From Gemmatimonadaceae bacterium (lineage in GTDB: Bacteria; Gemmatimonadota; Gemmatimonadetes; Gemmatimonadales; Gemmatimonadaceae): DNA of 64,000 nucleotides. The translations under genes were made by a program, and so were the position numbers. This document shows, one piece after another, positions 1 through 9,398 of the stretch (within the stretch, counting starts at the first letter, position 1; the number at the start of each line of letters is the position of its first letter). The stretch covers positions 156,364 through 220,363 of the forward strand of contig JBBDYC010000009.1 in the NCBI GenBank assembly GCA_040901985.1. The letters run 5' to 3'. The notes beneath the pieces are model-generated. The model was not told the origin of the DNA, did not search any database, and was given only the letters and a program-made list of their open reading frames with translations.

Positions 1-1532
1 CCCGGCCCGGTGCCGTAGCGCCAGACGAAGTCACCGGCGGCGTCGAGGTTGAACGCCTCGGTGTTGCGCAGCGCGAAGGTGGGCGTGAGCACGAACCAGT
101 CACCGACGGTGAGCGGCTTCGACGCCACGTTGAGCGACGGGAAGTCCTGGTCCACCTGGTCGCGACCTGGGTACTGGCGGCGCGACCCGCCGAGGTTGAC
201 GGTGAACGGCCCCTGCTGGCGCACCAGGTTCGCCTGCGACGCAATCGTTGCCAGCGCCGCCATCGGATTGATGATCGCCTGGCGCTGCACGTGCGTGTTG
301 GTCACGTAGTTCAGGTTCGTCGAGAGGCGCGTGCGCGACGAGAACTCCTGGGTGTGCGACCACGCGACGCCGAGATTCCGGGTCCCGTTGCTGAGCGCGT
401 TGCGCGAGACCGCCACCTGGCCGCCGACGAAGCGGTCGAGCCAGCGGTAGCGGAACTCGCCGTTGAGGCGCGTCCATCCGGGGTCGGGCGCCGTCTCGCG
501 CGCGCTCGACCGCCAGTCCAGCGAGACCTGGGCGTCCACGTAGTCGCTGAGCGCGAAGTAGTAGCCGAGGTTCTCGGCCGTCCGTCGGTAGGTCGGGCTG
601 TTGCGGACAAGTTCGGAAAAGCCGAGCCGCGGGGTGAGCAGCCCCGAGCGGCGCCCCGTGCGGATGTCCTGGAACATGAACGGGAGCCAGAGCACCGGCA
701 CCTGGCCGACGTAGAGGATCGCCGGCCGGGCGATGATCACGCTCCGGCTCACCCGCTTGAGTTCCTTGGCGAGGAAGTGGTAGTGCGGGACGGAGTCGAG
801 GCACGACGTGATGATGCCGTCGCGCCCGTAGACCGTCGAGCGGTCGCTCGTGGAATCGGAGGTGAACGTGGCGCGGTGGGCGAGGATCTGCCAATCCTCG
901 CCGGAGTTGGCGATGGTGCTGAACTGGCGCGTCCGGCCCTCGCGGCGCGCGAGGTCATAGGTCATCTCCTCGCGCCCGATGACGTCCGCCACCTGGTCGG
1001 GATCGCGCATCACGATTGTGTCGCCGCGCGCGGCGATCATCTGCGTGCTGTCGTTGTAGACGATCCGGCGCGCGACGAGGAGCGTGGAGTCGCGCTGGAC
1101 GCCCGAGCGGCCGCTGTCGGTGGCGGCAAGCGACATCGTGCGCGACCCGGCGTCGAAGCCAATCGAGTCGGACTGATAGCGGACCACCCGGTAGCCGGCG
1201 CGCTGCAGGAGCGCGAGCATCACCGAGTCGTCGGGGACCCAGTGAATGAGCCTCGGCCGGCCCGCCGAGTCGGCGACGGCGCGCCTGATGCTGTCGCGCG
1301 CGGCGGCGCGCCTGATGCTGTCGCGCGCGGCGGCGCGGCCGGCCGAGTCGAGCGGCGGCTGGCGGACGGCCGTGTCGCGGGCGGCCGTGTCGCGCGGCGC
1401 CTCGACGGGCGGTCGCCGCACCGGCTGCTCCTGCGCGCCGAGGGTCCACGGGCCGCCGACCCCGAGCAGCACGGCGGCCGCGGCGCGGCGCCACGGCCGA
1501 CGCGACGGCCGGCGTGACGGCCGGCGCCTCAC
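1..1532 (-). CDS. lptD: Putative LPS-assembly protein LptD (OstA-like), runs off the window edge (3' partial)
   Basis: My own translation from the GTG overlapping the tatC stop gives a signal-like N-terminus, then ...TSCLDSVPHYHFLAKELKRV...ARPAILYVGQVPVLWLPFMFQDIRTGRRSGLLTPRLG...ENLGYYFALSDY, typical of LptD. It is missing from the ORF track because there is no stop in the window. Confidence 0.75.
   Translation of the reverse strand, partial: MRRRPSRRPSRRPWRRAAAAVLLGVGGPWTLGAQEQPVRRPPVEAPRDTAARDTAVRQPPLDSAGRAAARDSIRRAAARDSIRRAVADSAGRPRLIHWVPDDSVMLALLQRAGYRVVRYQSDSIGFDAGSRTMSLAATDSGRSGVQRDSTLLVARRIVYNDSTQMIAARGDTIVMRDPDQVADVIGREEMTYDLARREGRTRQFSTIANSGEDWQILAHRATFTSDSTSDRSTVYGRDGIITSCLDSVPHYHFLAKELKRVSRSVIIARPAILYVGQVPVLWLPFMFQDIRTGRRSGLLTPRLGFSELVRNSPTYRRTAENLGYYFALSDYVDAQVSLDWRSSARETAPDPGWTRLNGEFRYRWLDRFVGGQVAVSRNALSNGTRNLGVAWSHTQEFSSRTRLSTNLNYVTNTHVQRQAIINPMAALATIASQANLVRQQGPFTVNLGGSRRQYPGRDQVDQDFPSLNVASKPLTVGDWFVLTPTFALRNTEAFNLDAAGDFVWRYGTGP
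1277..1337. repeat. 27-bp in-frame tandem repeat (2+ copies) in lptD encoding RAAARDSIR
   Basis: CGGCGCGCCTGATGCTGTCGCGCGCGG at 1277-1303 and 1304-1330, plus a partial copy. Confidence 0.9.
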
Positions 1533-2311
1533 GTCGCCGCCCGTCCGACCGCGTCCGCCTCGGCGCGGAGCCGCTTCTCGCGCGCGCGGTGGACGAACCA
1601 GCTCAGGACGATGCTGACCTCATAGAGCCCGTAGAGCGGCACCCCGAGCATCAGCGTCATGATCAGGAGGTCCCCCGGCGTGATCATCGCCGCCCCGAGC
1701 AGACTCCCCACCACCGCGTGGCGGCGATACCGGGCGAGCGTCGTCGGAGTCACGAGGCCCAGCGCGGTGAGCGCGAGGATGACGATCGGCAGCTGGAACG
1801 CGCCGCCGAAGGCGAGGCAGAGGATCACCGTGAACGAGAAGTACTCGCTCGCGGTGATCATCTGCTCCAGCGACGCGGACTGGAACGAGAGGAGGACGTC
1901 GAACATCGCCGGCAGGACGAATCGCACGCAGAGGAATACCCCGCTGGCGAAGAGTCCGGCGGCGCCGATGAGGACCGGGATGAGGACACGCCTCTCGTGC
2001 TGGTGGAGCGCCGGCGCGAGAAACGCCCAGGCCTGGTAGACGATCACCGGCGACGCGGCGACGAGGCCGAGCCCGAACGAGACCTTGAGGACGATCCCGA
2101 TCGGGTCGGCGGGGTGCGTGAAGACCAGCTTCCCGTCGGGCAGGTAGGGCGCGATGGGGACGGCGAGGATGCCGATCACGTCGTAGCGCCAGACGATCGC
2201 GAAGGCGACCATCATCGCGAGCACGAGGGCGCCGAGGGCCCAGAAGAGCCGGTGGCGCAGCTCTTCGAGGTGATCGAGGAAGGGCATCTCGCCCGACGCG
2301 CCGTGACTCAT
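1529..2311 (-). CDS. tatC: Twin-arginine translocase subunit TatC
   Basis: EMPFLDHLEELRHRL, YQAWAFLAPAL, FQLP, ITPGD and LYEVSI motifs; multi-pass membrane protein. Confidence 0.95.
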   Translation of the reverse strand: MSHGASGEMPFLDHLEELRHRLFWALGALVLAMMVAFAIVWRYDVIGILAVPIAPYLPDGKLVFTHPADPIGIVLKVSFGLGLVAASPVIVYQAWAFLAPALHQHERRVLIPVLIGAAGLFASGVFLCVRFVLPAMFDVLLSFQSASLEQMITASEYFSFTVILCLAFGGAFQLPIVILALTALGLVTPTTLARYRRHAVVGSLLGAAMITPGDLLIMTLMLGVPLYGLYEVSIVLSWFVHRAREKRLRAEADAVGRAAT

Positions 2312-2349
2312 CGTGTGGGGTGGGGTCGGCGTCGCCGCCCCCCCGCGCG

Positions 2350-3177
2350 CTAGGGACTGGCGCGCAGGAATTCCTGCGCCAGGAGCGCTGCGTCGGAGCG
2401 CGGATAGCGGTCCACGATCTGCTGGTAGATCGCCCGCGCCTGCTGCGCCTGCCCGATGCTGCGGAACGCCGTCGCGCGCTTGTAGAGGGCGTTGGGTGCC
2501 ATCGCCGAGCGAGGATACCGCTGTGCGACCAGCGCATAGACGGAATCGGCGGCCACCCCGTTGCCCTCGTCCGCCCACGTCTCGGCGACGCTGTAAAGCG
2601 CGTCGGGGGCGAGGTCGGAGGTTGGGTGCTTGTCGAGCAGCTCGAGAAAGGCGCCGCGTGCCGCGGTCGTGCTGCCCCGCCGGAGCTGGTCCTGACCCAT
2701 CTGCATCAGTTGGGCCGGACCGAGCACCGCCGGCGCCGGACGCGCCGGCGCCATTGCCGTGCCGCCGGTCGCCGGATCCCCGGCCGGCGGGACGACCGGC
2801 GTCGCGAGCTCGGCGGCCCGCGCCTCCATTTCGGAGCGCAGTTCCTGGATCCGCCGCTGGCTCTGGCCCGTGAGTTCCTGAATCATGATCAGCTGCTGCC
2901 GGATGGACTGCAGGTCCTCGCGGACATCCCCGCGCAGGCGCATCACCGTCGCGTTGGCCGCACGCGCGGTATCGGCGACGTCGGCCAGCGCCCGCGACAC
3001 GCGCAACAACCCGGACTCGATGGCCAACAGCAGGGCCGAGTCCGCCGCCACCCGTTCGGCCCGCACGACCTGCAGGTCCAGCTGCAGGACGCGCACGTCC
3101 TCACGGGTGGCGAAGCACGCGCCGGCCGTCAACACGACGGCCGGCGCGAGCCACTGGAGCGCCCGCCGTCCCGTCAC
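2350..3177 (-). CDS. cpoB: Tol-Pal system protein CpoB/YbgF (coiled-coil + TPR, lipoprotein-like)
   Basis: TPR-type HPTSDLAPDALY and YPRSAMAPNALYK; directly downstream of pal with a GTGA overlap. Confidence 0.85.
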   Translation of the reverse strand: MTGRRALQWLAPAVVLTAGACFATREDVRVLQLDLQVVRAERVAADSALLLAIESGLLRVSRALADVADTARAANATVMRLRGDVREDLQSIRQQLIMIQELTGQSQRRIQELRSEMEARAAELATPVVPPAGDPATGGTAMAPARPAPAVLGPAQLMQMGQDQLRRGSTTAARGAFLELLDKHPTSDLAPDALYSVAETWADEGNGVAADSVYALVAQRYPRSAMAPNALYKRATAFRSIGQAQQARAIYQQIVDRYPRSDAALLAQEFLRASP

Positions 3178-3806
3178 GGGAGGCGGAGCATCTCCGCACC
3201 GGCGATCATCTCGAATTCCGAGCGCCGGTTCTGCGACCACGCCGACTCCATCGAACCCATCGCGGCCGGCCGATCCTCACCGTAGCTCACGGTCTCGATC
3301 CGATTCTCGGCAATGCCCTGATCCACCAGGTACCGCTTGGCTGCGGCGGCACGCCGCTGGCCGAGCGCGATGTTGTAGGCGTCCGAGCCGCGCTCGTCGG
3401 TGTGGCCGGCGATGCGGATGCGGAGGTTGGGGTTGGCCCGGAGGAGTGGCACCTTGGCGTCAAGCGTGGTGCGCGCCTCGGGCTTCAGGTCGGCCTTGTC
3501 GAAGTCGTAGTAGATCTGCATCGCGAAGGCGGCGCGGGCCGCGTTCACGCGGGCTTCCATCTCGGCGCGGGCACGGGCCTCGGCGGCGAGCCGCTCGCGC
3601 TCGGCGGCCGCGGCACGGGCGCGGGCTTCCGCCTCGGCGCGGGCGCGGGCCTCGGCCTCGGCACGCTCGCGCTCGCGCTCGACGGCGTCAATGGAGTCCT
3701 GGTTGATCATCGGCTCCGGCGGCGGCGGCGGCTCGGGCGGCCGGCAGGCGGCGGCGCCGACGGCAACCGAGGCCAGGAGCATCAGGGCGAGCTTGCGAAG
3801 TGACAT
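3174..3806 (-). CDS. pal: Peptidoglycan-associated lipoprotein Pal (OmpA family)
   Basis: Lipobox AAAC; IYYDFDKADL, GHTDERGSDAYNIALGQRRA, VSYGEDRP, NRR. Confidence 0.95.
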   Translation of the reverse strand: MSLRKLALMLLASVAVGAAACRPPEPPPPPEPMINQDSIDAVERERERAEAEARARAEAEARARAAAAERERLAAEARARAEMEARVNAARAAFAMQIYYDFDKADLKPEARTTLDAKVPLLRANPNLRIRIAGHTDERGSDAYNIALGQRRAAAAKRYLVDQGIAENRIETVSYGEDRPAAMGSMESAWSQNRRSEFEMIAGAEMLRLP

Positions 3807-3856
3807 GGATACCTCGTGGAGGGGGAGCAAGGGGACAAGGAAGGAACGACGGACCA

Positions 3857-5167
3857 CTACCTGGGCACTGCGAACCGCGGCGACCACGCGCCCATCCGGG
3901 CCGCCGCACCGTGGGTCAGCTGTCGCAACCGACCCGACTCCGTATCCAGGACCCAGAGCTGACGGGTCCCGCTGCGCGAAGAGGTGAACACGAGATGCCG
4001 GGCATCAGGCGCCCACGACGGCTGTTCATTTACCCCTTCGATCGTGTGTTGCTTCACGCTGCGATCCCGCAGACTGATGGTGGCGACCTGGAAGCGTCCC
4101 TCGATCTGCGTCTGGAACGCCACCCGCTGCCCATCCGGCGACCAGACCGGGTCCGAGCGATACGACTGGTCGCCGAATCCGGTCGTCGTCAGCCACTGCG
4201 GATTCGCACCATCTGCATCCGTAATATATATCTCCGGCCGCCCCAACCGACCAGACGCAAAGGCGATTCGACGCCCGTCGGGAGAGAACGACGGCGAGAG
4301 ATTCTCCGTCCCCCGTCCGACGGTCACGCGCACCGGCCCTTCACCGCCGGCGAGCGGCACCGCCCAGAGGTCGGTGCCGTCCAGCCCGGACGAGAAGACG
4401 AGCGTCCGGCCGTCGGGAGAAAAGGCCGGCGTGATGTTCGTGCCGCCACTGAAGGAGACCCGGCGCGTCGTGCCGCTCACGAGGTCGCGCACGAGGATAT
4501 GGGTGCCGTCGTCGGCGAACTCGGTGTAGGCGATCGAGCGGCCGCTCGGGTGCCAGGCCGGATGGAGCCCGCTGCCGACGCCAGCCACCGGGCGCGCGTT
4601 GGCCCCGTCGGAGTCCACCGTCCAGAGCGTCCCACCGCGGTTGAAGAGGATGCGTGTGGCAGCAACGCCGGGAACGCCGGTGATCCAGCGCTCGATCTCG
4701 TCGCTGACGCCGTGGAGCGCCATCCGCCAGTCGCCCGAGAGCGGCTCGGCGTCAATCGGGAACTCCCGCGTATTCATCACGCGGGCCGCGCCGACCTCGT
4801 GCACCACGACCTTCACCCCGCCGCCGACCTGCTCGGTGACGTGGAGGACCGCGGCGGCGCCGAGCGCCGCATAGAGCGGATAGTTGAGCGTGCCGGTGGG
4901 CGCGCTGCCGGAGTCCGGCGCGATGACGCCGATCCGGTCGCCGAAATCAATATTGCGCGTGAGGATGGCGCGGATCGAGTCGGCGTAGAGGCCGGCCATC
5001 GGCAGGACGTAGAGTCCCGGGCGCGTGCCGGCGGTGTAGGTGAGCCCGATCCGCACGCCCTGCGGTTCCTGCGGGTGTGCCGCCCGCGGCGTCACGAGGG
5101 CGGCCGTCACGAGGGCGGCCGTCACGAGGGCGGCCGTCACGGCGACGGCAACGAGGACGCGATTCAT
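3857..5167 (-). CDS. tolB: TolB beta-propeller protein
   Basis: PD40 repeats (PAFSPDG, PSFSPDG, PVWSPDG, PSWAPD); lies between the tolA-like gene and pal. Confidence 0.92.
   Translation of the reverse strand: MNRVLVAVAVTAALVTAALVTAALVTPRAAHPQEPQGVRIGLTYTAGTRPGLYVLPMAGLYADSIRAILTRNIDFGDRIGVIAPDSGSAPTGTLNYPLYAALGAAAVLHVTEQVGGGVKVVVHEVGAARVMNTREFPIDAEPLSGDWRMALHGVSDEIERWITGVPGVAATRILFNRGGTLWTVDSDGANARPVAGVGSGLHPAWHPSGRSIAYTEFADDGTHILVRDLVSGTTRRVSFSGGTNITPAFSPDGRTLVFSSGLDGTDLWAVPLAGGEGPVRVTVGRGTENLSPSFSPDGRRIAFASGRLGRPEIYITDADGANPQWLTTTGFGDQSYRSDPVWSPDGQRVAFQTQIEGRFQVATISLRDRSVKQHTIEGVNEQPSWAPDARHLVFTSSRSGTRQLWVLDTESGRLRQLTHGAAARMGAWSPRFAVPR
5091..5141. repeat. 15-bp in-frame tandem repeat (3.4 copies) in the TolB signal peptide (AALVT)n
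   Basis: GTCACGAGGGCGGCC x3 plus GTCACG. Confidence 0.95.
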
Positions 5168-5877
5168 CGCAGGCGGGCCGGGTCGAAGCTGAAGGTCACG
5201 GGGAGAATGTCGTCGGAGAAGTCGGTGGGGAGCACGCCAAAGTTCCGCGCCGCCGACTCGACGGCGCCCTGGGCCTCGAGGTCGAACGCGAAGTTCCCGC
5301 TGCTGGTCACGAACCGGAAGCCGGTGACGGAGCCGTCCCGGCGGATGAAGAAGAAGACCTCGGCCTTGAGCGCGCCCGGATTCCGCGGATGGAAGTTGAG
5401 CGCGATCTGTCGCACGATGTTCGAGAGGTACCCCGGATAGGGGAACGCGATCCCCTCGGTGCGGACGGTGGCGACATCGGTGCCGGCGCCGCCGATCTCG
5501 CCGCCGCCGGCGGTCGGCGCGGTGGTCGGGTCCACGCGCTGCTGCGTCTTGGTGATGTTGGGGGTGGCGCGCGTGGGCGTGCGGGCGGCGCGCGACGGCG
5601 GATTGATCGGGGCGGCCTTCACCGGGTCGGGCGCCTCGGCCTTCGGCGGCGCCTTGGACGTCGGGGTCTCCGGGGCCGGCGTCTCGCGGACGACACCGAC
5701 CGCGCGCTCGCCGGGCGGCGCCGCGACGAGGTCCACCTGGTACATCGGCGGCAGGGGCGGCGGCGGCGCGGCCGTCCAGACCACGAAAGGGGCGACGACC
5801 GCCGCGTGCAGGAGCAGCGAGAGCGCCAAGGCGCCGCCGATTCCCGACTGGTGGGCGTGGAGCGCGGCGGCGCTCAC
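5164..5877 (-). CDS. tolA: TolA/TonB-family energy transducer (TonB_2 C-terminal domain)
   Basis: N-terminal TM segment with SLLLH, Pro-rich linker, SSGNFAFDLEA C-domain; tol operon context. Confidence 0.8.
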   Translation of the reverse strand: MSAAALHAHQSGIGGALALSLLLHAAVVAPFVVWTAAPPPPLPPMYQVDLVAAPPGERAVGVVRETPAPETPTSKAPPKAEAPDPVKAAPINPPSRAARTPTRATPNITKTQQRVDPTTAPTAGGGEIGGAGTDVATVRTEGIAFPYPGYLSNIVRQIALNFHPRNPGALKAEVFFFIRRDGSVTGFRFVTSSGNFAFDLEAQGAVESAARNFGVLPTDFSDDILPVTFSFDPARLR

Positions 5878-6284
5878 CGCGGCAGATCCTCCGGTTCGGC
5901 GACCAGCCCGATATTTCCCACCCCGGCGGCGCGCATGATCGCCAGCACCTCGACCACGCGGCCGTAGTTCACGCTTTGGTCGGCGCGGAGATAGACGCCG
6001 GCGCGGCCGGCCTGGCCGGCGAGGGTGGCGAACGATCCGCGAAACTCGGCGAGCGAGAGCTGGACGTCGTCGGCGAAGATCCGGCCATCACGGGTGACCG
6101 AGATGACCAGCGCGCTCTGGGCATTGAGCGGGCGCGCCGCCGCCCGCGGCAGCGTCACGTCCACCCCACCCTGCATCATTGGCGCCGTGATCATGAAGAT
6201 GATCATCAGCAGCATCATCACGTCAATCAACGAGACGACGTTGATCTCGGCGAGGAGCGGCGCGCGCCCGCCGCGCCGCCGCAT
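5874..6284 (-). CDS. tolR: TolR/ExbD biopolymer transport protein
   Basis: EINVVSLIDVMMLLMIIFMITAP, LRADQSVNYG. Confidence 0.9.
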   Translation of the reverse strand: MRRRGGRAPLLAEINVVSLIDVMMLLMIIFMITAPMMQGGVDVTLPRAAARPLNAQSALVISVTRDGRIFADDVQLSLAEFRGSFATLAGQAGRAGVYLRADQSVNYGRVVEVLAIMRAAGVGNIGLVAEPEDLPR

Positions 6285-7001
6285 CTAGAGGCGCCCCTCG
6301 CGCGCCATCAGCGCGATCACCTCGGAGCCGAATCCCTCGACCTCGCTGTCGAACCGGTTGAGCCGCGCGGCGAAGATGTTGTAGCCGAAGTACGCCGGGA
6401 TGGCGACCGCCAGTGCGGTCGCGGTCGCGATCAGCGCCTCGGCCACGCCCGGCGCGATCGCCGCGAGATTCCCCGACCCGCCCCGTGCCACGCCGAGGAA
6501 CGCCTCGATGATGCCGAGCACCGTGCCGAGGAGGCCGAGCAGCGGGCTCACCGAGCCGATCATCGCGAGCGTCGGGATCCAGGTGCCCAGCCGATCGCGT
6601 TCGGTGTTGGTCTCGGCGTCGAGGACGAGGCGCAGCGCCTGCACCTGCGACGCCGAGAGCGTGGCCGGTCCGCCTTCGGCGCTGTGGACCATCCGCGTGT
6701 CGGTCAGGAACTGGAGCGCCCGCTGCATCACGCGGGTGTGCGCGCTCGGCCGCGATCGCTTGGCGAGTGAGGCGACCGCCTCGAGCCGCGCACTCCGGTG
6801 GAAGTCGGCCAAAAAGTGCGCGCCGGCCGACTCGGCGCGCCGGAAGGCGAGCCACTTGGCGAGCATCACCGCCCAGGAGATCAACGAGAGGACCAGCAAC
6901 ACGGCGAGCACCACCTGCGTCTCGCGCGAGGCGTTGGTCACGAGCTCGAGCCGCGTGGACGGGATGGCGGAGCGGACCTGCAGCAGGGCGAAGAGGATCA
7001 C
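6285..7001 (-). CDS. tolQ: TolQ/ExbB/MotA proton channel
   Basis: SPLLGLLGTVLGI, IAPGVAEALIATA, AIPA..YN; GTG start overlaps the upstream stop. Confidence 0.9.
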   Translation of the reverse strand: MILFALLQVRSAIPSTRLELVTNASRETQVVLAVLLVLSLISWAVMLAKWLAFRRAESAGAHFLADFHRSARLEAVASLAKRSRPSAHTRVMQRALQFLTDTRMVHSAEGGPATLSASQVQALRLVLDAETNTERDRLGTWIPTLAMIGSVSPLLGLLGTVLGIIEAFLGVARGGSGNLAAIAPGVAEALIATATALAVAIPAYFGYNIFAARLNRFDSEVEGFGSEVIALMAREGRL

Positions 7002-7948
7002 TGGGACTCGAACCAGGCAAAGGTGCGGTGCAGGCCGTCCTCGAGCGTCGTCTGCGGCGTCCACCCCAGGACCGTCGACGCCTTGGCGATACTCACGACG
7101 GAGCGCCGTTGTTCCCCGGGGCGTTCGGCGGCGTGCGTCAGCGGGACGGTCCGGCCGGCGGCGCGCATCAGCGTCGCCGCGAGTTCGAGCACCGAGGTCT
7201 CGCGCCCGGTGCCGAGGTTGATCGCCCGGTCATCCACGCGGCCCGGCGGGACGACCGGGAGCGCCGCGGCGAGCGCGTGGGCGCGCGCCACGTCGCCGAC
7301 GTACACGTAGTCGCGCGTCTGGCCGCCGTCGCCGTACACGGTGAGTGGCGTCCCGCTCAGGAGGCGCTGGCAGAAGATGGCCACTACGCCCGCCTCGCCG
7401 TGCGGATCCTGGCGCGGGCCAAAGACGTTTGCGAAGCGCAGCGCGAGGTAGTCCAGTTTATGCACACGGGAGTAGTAGGCGAGGTAGAGCTCCGCGGCGT
7501 ACTTGGCGACGCCGTAGGGGCTCTCCGGGTCCTTTCCATACGTTTCGACGGCTGGCGGGTCCACGAAGTCACCGTAGACCGCCCCGCCGGTGGAGGCGAA
7601 GATCACGCGCGTCTGGCGCCCGGAGGTGCGCACGGCCTCGAGGAGGTTGAGCGTCCCGCCGATGTTCACGTCGGCGTCGAAGACCGGATCGGCGACGCTC
7701 CGGCGCACGTCCATCTGCGCCGCGAGGTGGCAGAGGACGTCAAACCGGCCCTCGGCGACGCAGGCCGCGGCCTCGGGCGACCGGATGTCGGTGTGGACGA
7801 AGCGGGCGGCGGACGGCACCTGGGCGCGCCGGCCACTCGAGAGGTCATCGAGCACCGTGACGGCGTAGCCCTCCCCGAGGAGGACCTCCGCCACGTGCGA
7901 ACCGATGAACCCCGCGCCGCCGACGACGAGCGCGTGTCTGGACGTCAT
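6998..7948 (-). CDS. NAD-dependent epimerase/dehydratase (UDP-glucose 4-epimerase-like)
   Basis: GGAGFIGSH, HLAAQMDV, STGGAVYG, YGVAK, NVFGPRQDPHGEAGVV. Confidence 0.9.
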   Translation of the reverse strand: MTSRHALVVGGAGFIGSHVAEVLLGEGYAVTVLDDLSSGRRAQVPSAARFVHTDIRSPEAAACVAEGRFDVLCHLAAQMDVRRSVADPVFDADVNIGGTLNLLEAVRTSGRQTRVIFASTGGAVYGDFVDPPAVETYGKDPESPYGVAKYAAELYLAYYSRVHKLDYLALRFANVFGPRQDPHGEAGVVAIFCQRLLSGTPLTVYGDGGQTRDYVYVGDVARAHALAAALPVVPPGRVDDRAINLGTGRETSVLELAATLMRAAGRTVPLTHAAERPGEQRRSVVSIAKASTVLGWTPQTTLEDGLHRTFAWFESQ

Positions 7949-7987
7949 CCCCCGAAGATACCCAGTGGCGCGCCAGGCTCCTACGCG

Positions 7988-9130
7988 TCAGGGCATCTTC
8001 GCGGTGACACGCGCGGAAATGCCGCGCGCCACGCCGCCATCCGACTGGCCGATCAGGATGGCGCTCGCGCCCCACGGCGTCACCCGGGTCACCTGGGCCA
8101 CCGCGATATCCTCGGGCGGCAACGGCGCGCCCGTGTCGTCCCGGCCCTTTTCGCGCTGCAGCGTCAACTGGTCGCCGGGCACCAGGCCGTCGCCCGCACC
8201 CGCCGCGAAGATCAGCTGGTGGCCAATCGGCGCGAGCACCGGGTCGCGGTAGAGGTAGACCACCGATGTCTGCAGCCCGAACTCGACGTGCGTCGGGAAG
8301 ATGCCGGGCTCGAGGCTGAGCGTGTCGAGCGGCATCGTCAGGTCGCCGGCGTAGACGTCCTCGAACTTCGTCAGCACGACCCCAAGGGCCCGGCCGTTGA
8401 TCGAGGCGGTCACGAGCTTCACCACGCCCGTCGGGATCACGACCCGTCCGCTTCCGGGGACGACCGGCCCGTAACGGAACAGCAAATAGCGCTCCTCCGG
8501 ACCGCCCTCGGCGCCCTCGGGAGTCACGATGTAGACGCGCTCATAAATCTGGATCGGGCGCTTGGTCAACGTGATGCCGACGCCATCCTGCTCGGTGGTG
8601 CCGTCCAGGCGACCCGCCCCGGCGACGCCATTGATGTCCCACAGGAACGGCGCCCGGAGGTAGTCGCCGGCACGGACGGCGGCGGCGCGCGGACGCACGA
8701 GAAGCGACTCGCGCTGGCCGCGCACCACGCGGAAGCGGTTCGGATTGAAGATGGTCATCGCCGGGGGTGGCAGCTCCGGTTCCAGCGCCATCGGGTCGAG
8801 CGGTTCCGGCGCCATCGTGTCGAGCGGTTCCGGCATCGGCCGCGGTTCGTCCGGCGGCGTCCCCGGCGTCGGCTGCACCTCGCCCGAGATGATCAGGACC
8901 TGGTCGGGATAGATCCAATGCGGGTCCGCCACCGTTTCGGTGTTGCGCCGGTAGATCTCCGGCCAGCGGAAGGCGTCGCCGAGGTACTGCGCGGCAAGGT
9001 CCCAGAGGGTGTCGCCCGGCCGCACGGTGTGCGTCCGCACCTCGCCCTGCGCAACGCCGAGGGACGGCGTGAACGCGAGGCCGATCAGCACGGTGGCGAG
9101 GGTCAGTCGAAGGCGGGGCATCGGACGCAT
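7988..9130 (-). CDS. LysM peptidoglycan-binding secreted protein
   Basis: Signal peptide, then HTVRPGDTLWDLA..YLGD..RWPEIY..N...DPHWIYPDQVL. Confidence 0.85.
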   Translation of the reverse strand: MRPMPRLRLTLATVLIGLAFTPSLGVAQGEVRTHTVRPGDTLWDLAAQYLGDAFRWPEIYRRNTETVADPHWIYPDQVLIISGEVQPTPGTPPDEPRPMPEPLDTMAPEPLDPMALEPELPPPAMTIFNPNRFRVVRGQRESLLVRPRAAAVRAGDYLRAPFLWDINGVAGAGRLDGTTEQDGVGITLTKRPIQIYERVYIVTPEGAEGGPEERYLLFRYGPVVPGSGRVVIPTGVVKLVTASINGRALGVVLTKFEDVYAGDLTMPLDTLSLEPGIFPTHVEFGLQTSVVYLYRDPVLAPIGHQLIFAAGAGDGLVPGDQLTLQREKGRDDTGAPLPPEDIAVAQVTRVTPWGASAILIGQSDGGVARGISARVTAKMP

Positions 9131-9317
9131 GGCGGAAGTGGGACGGAGGACGCAACGCGGGCCCCGGAGCGGACGGCCCCGGGGTGATTCCAAAGGGTGA
9201 CGAACGGGCGGGGGCGGGGGCAACGGGCCTAGGCGGTGGGAGGTGAAAGGTGGCGTCCGCGCGCGCGAGCCGGAAGGCCGGTGGGGGGGGTGGTAGCCGA
9301 GGGACTCGGAGGGTCCG

Positions 9318-9398
9318 AGAGGGAAAACGCAGAGGCGGGAAAGGGAGTGGGGGCGACCGATCCCGGCCGCCCCCTCTCGCCTTTCCCCCTTCCCCTCC
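9318..9398. repeat. Degenerate inverted purine/pyrimidine heptamer array immediately after the ssb stop (hairpin)
   Basis: Right arm CCCCTCT CGCCTTT CCCCCTT CCCCTCC (9371-9398); purine-rich left arm; inner stem GGGGCGACCG/CGGCCGCCCC. Confidence 0.55.

Noticed and set aside
3800..9187. Long plus-strand ORFs (e.g. 3800-5440, 6767-9187; likewise 18364-20517, 29090-31594, 59036-61096 and minus 54575-57739)
   Set aside because: Antisense shadows of well-supported genes, expected in high-GC DNA; Arg/Gly/Ala-rich with no motifs.
9131..9317. Riboswitch (e.g. c-di-AMP) upstream of the LysM gene
   Set aside because: I could not identify conserved riboswitch motifs by eye; an Infernal/Rfam scan would settle it.
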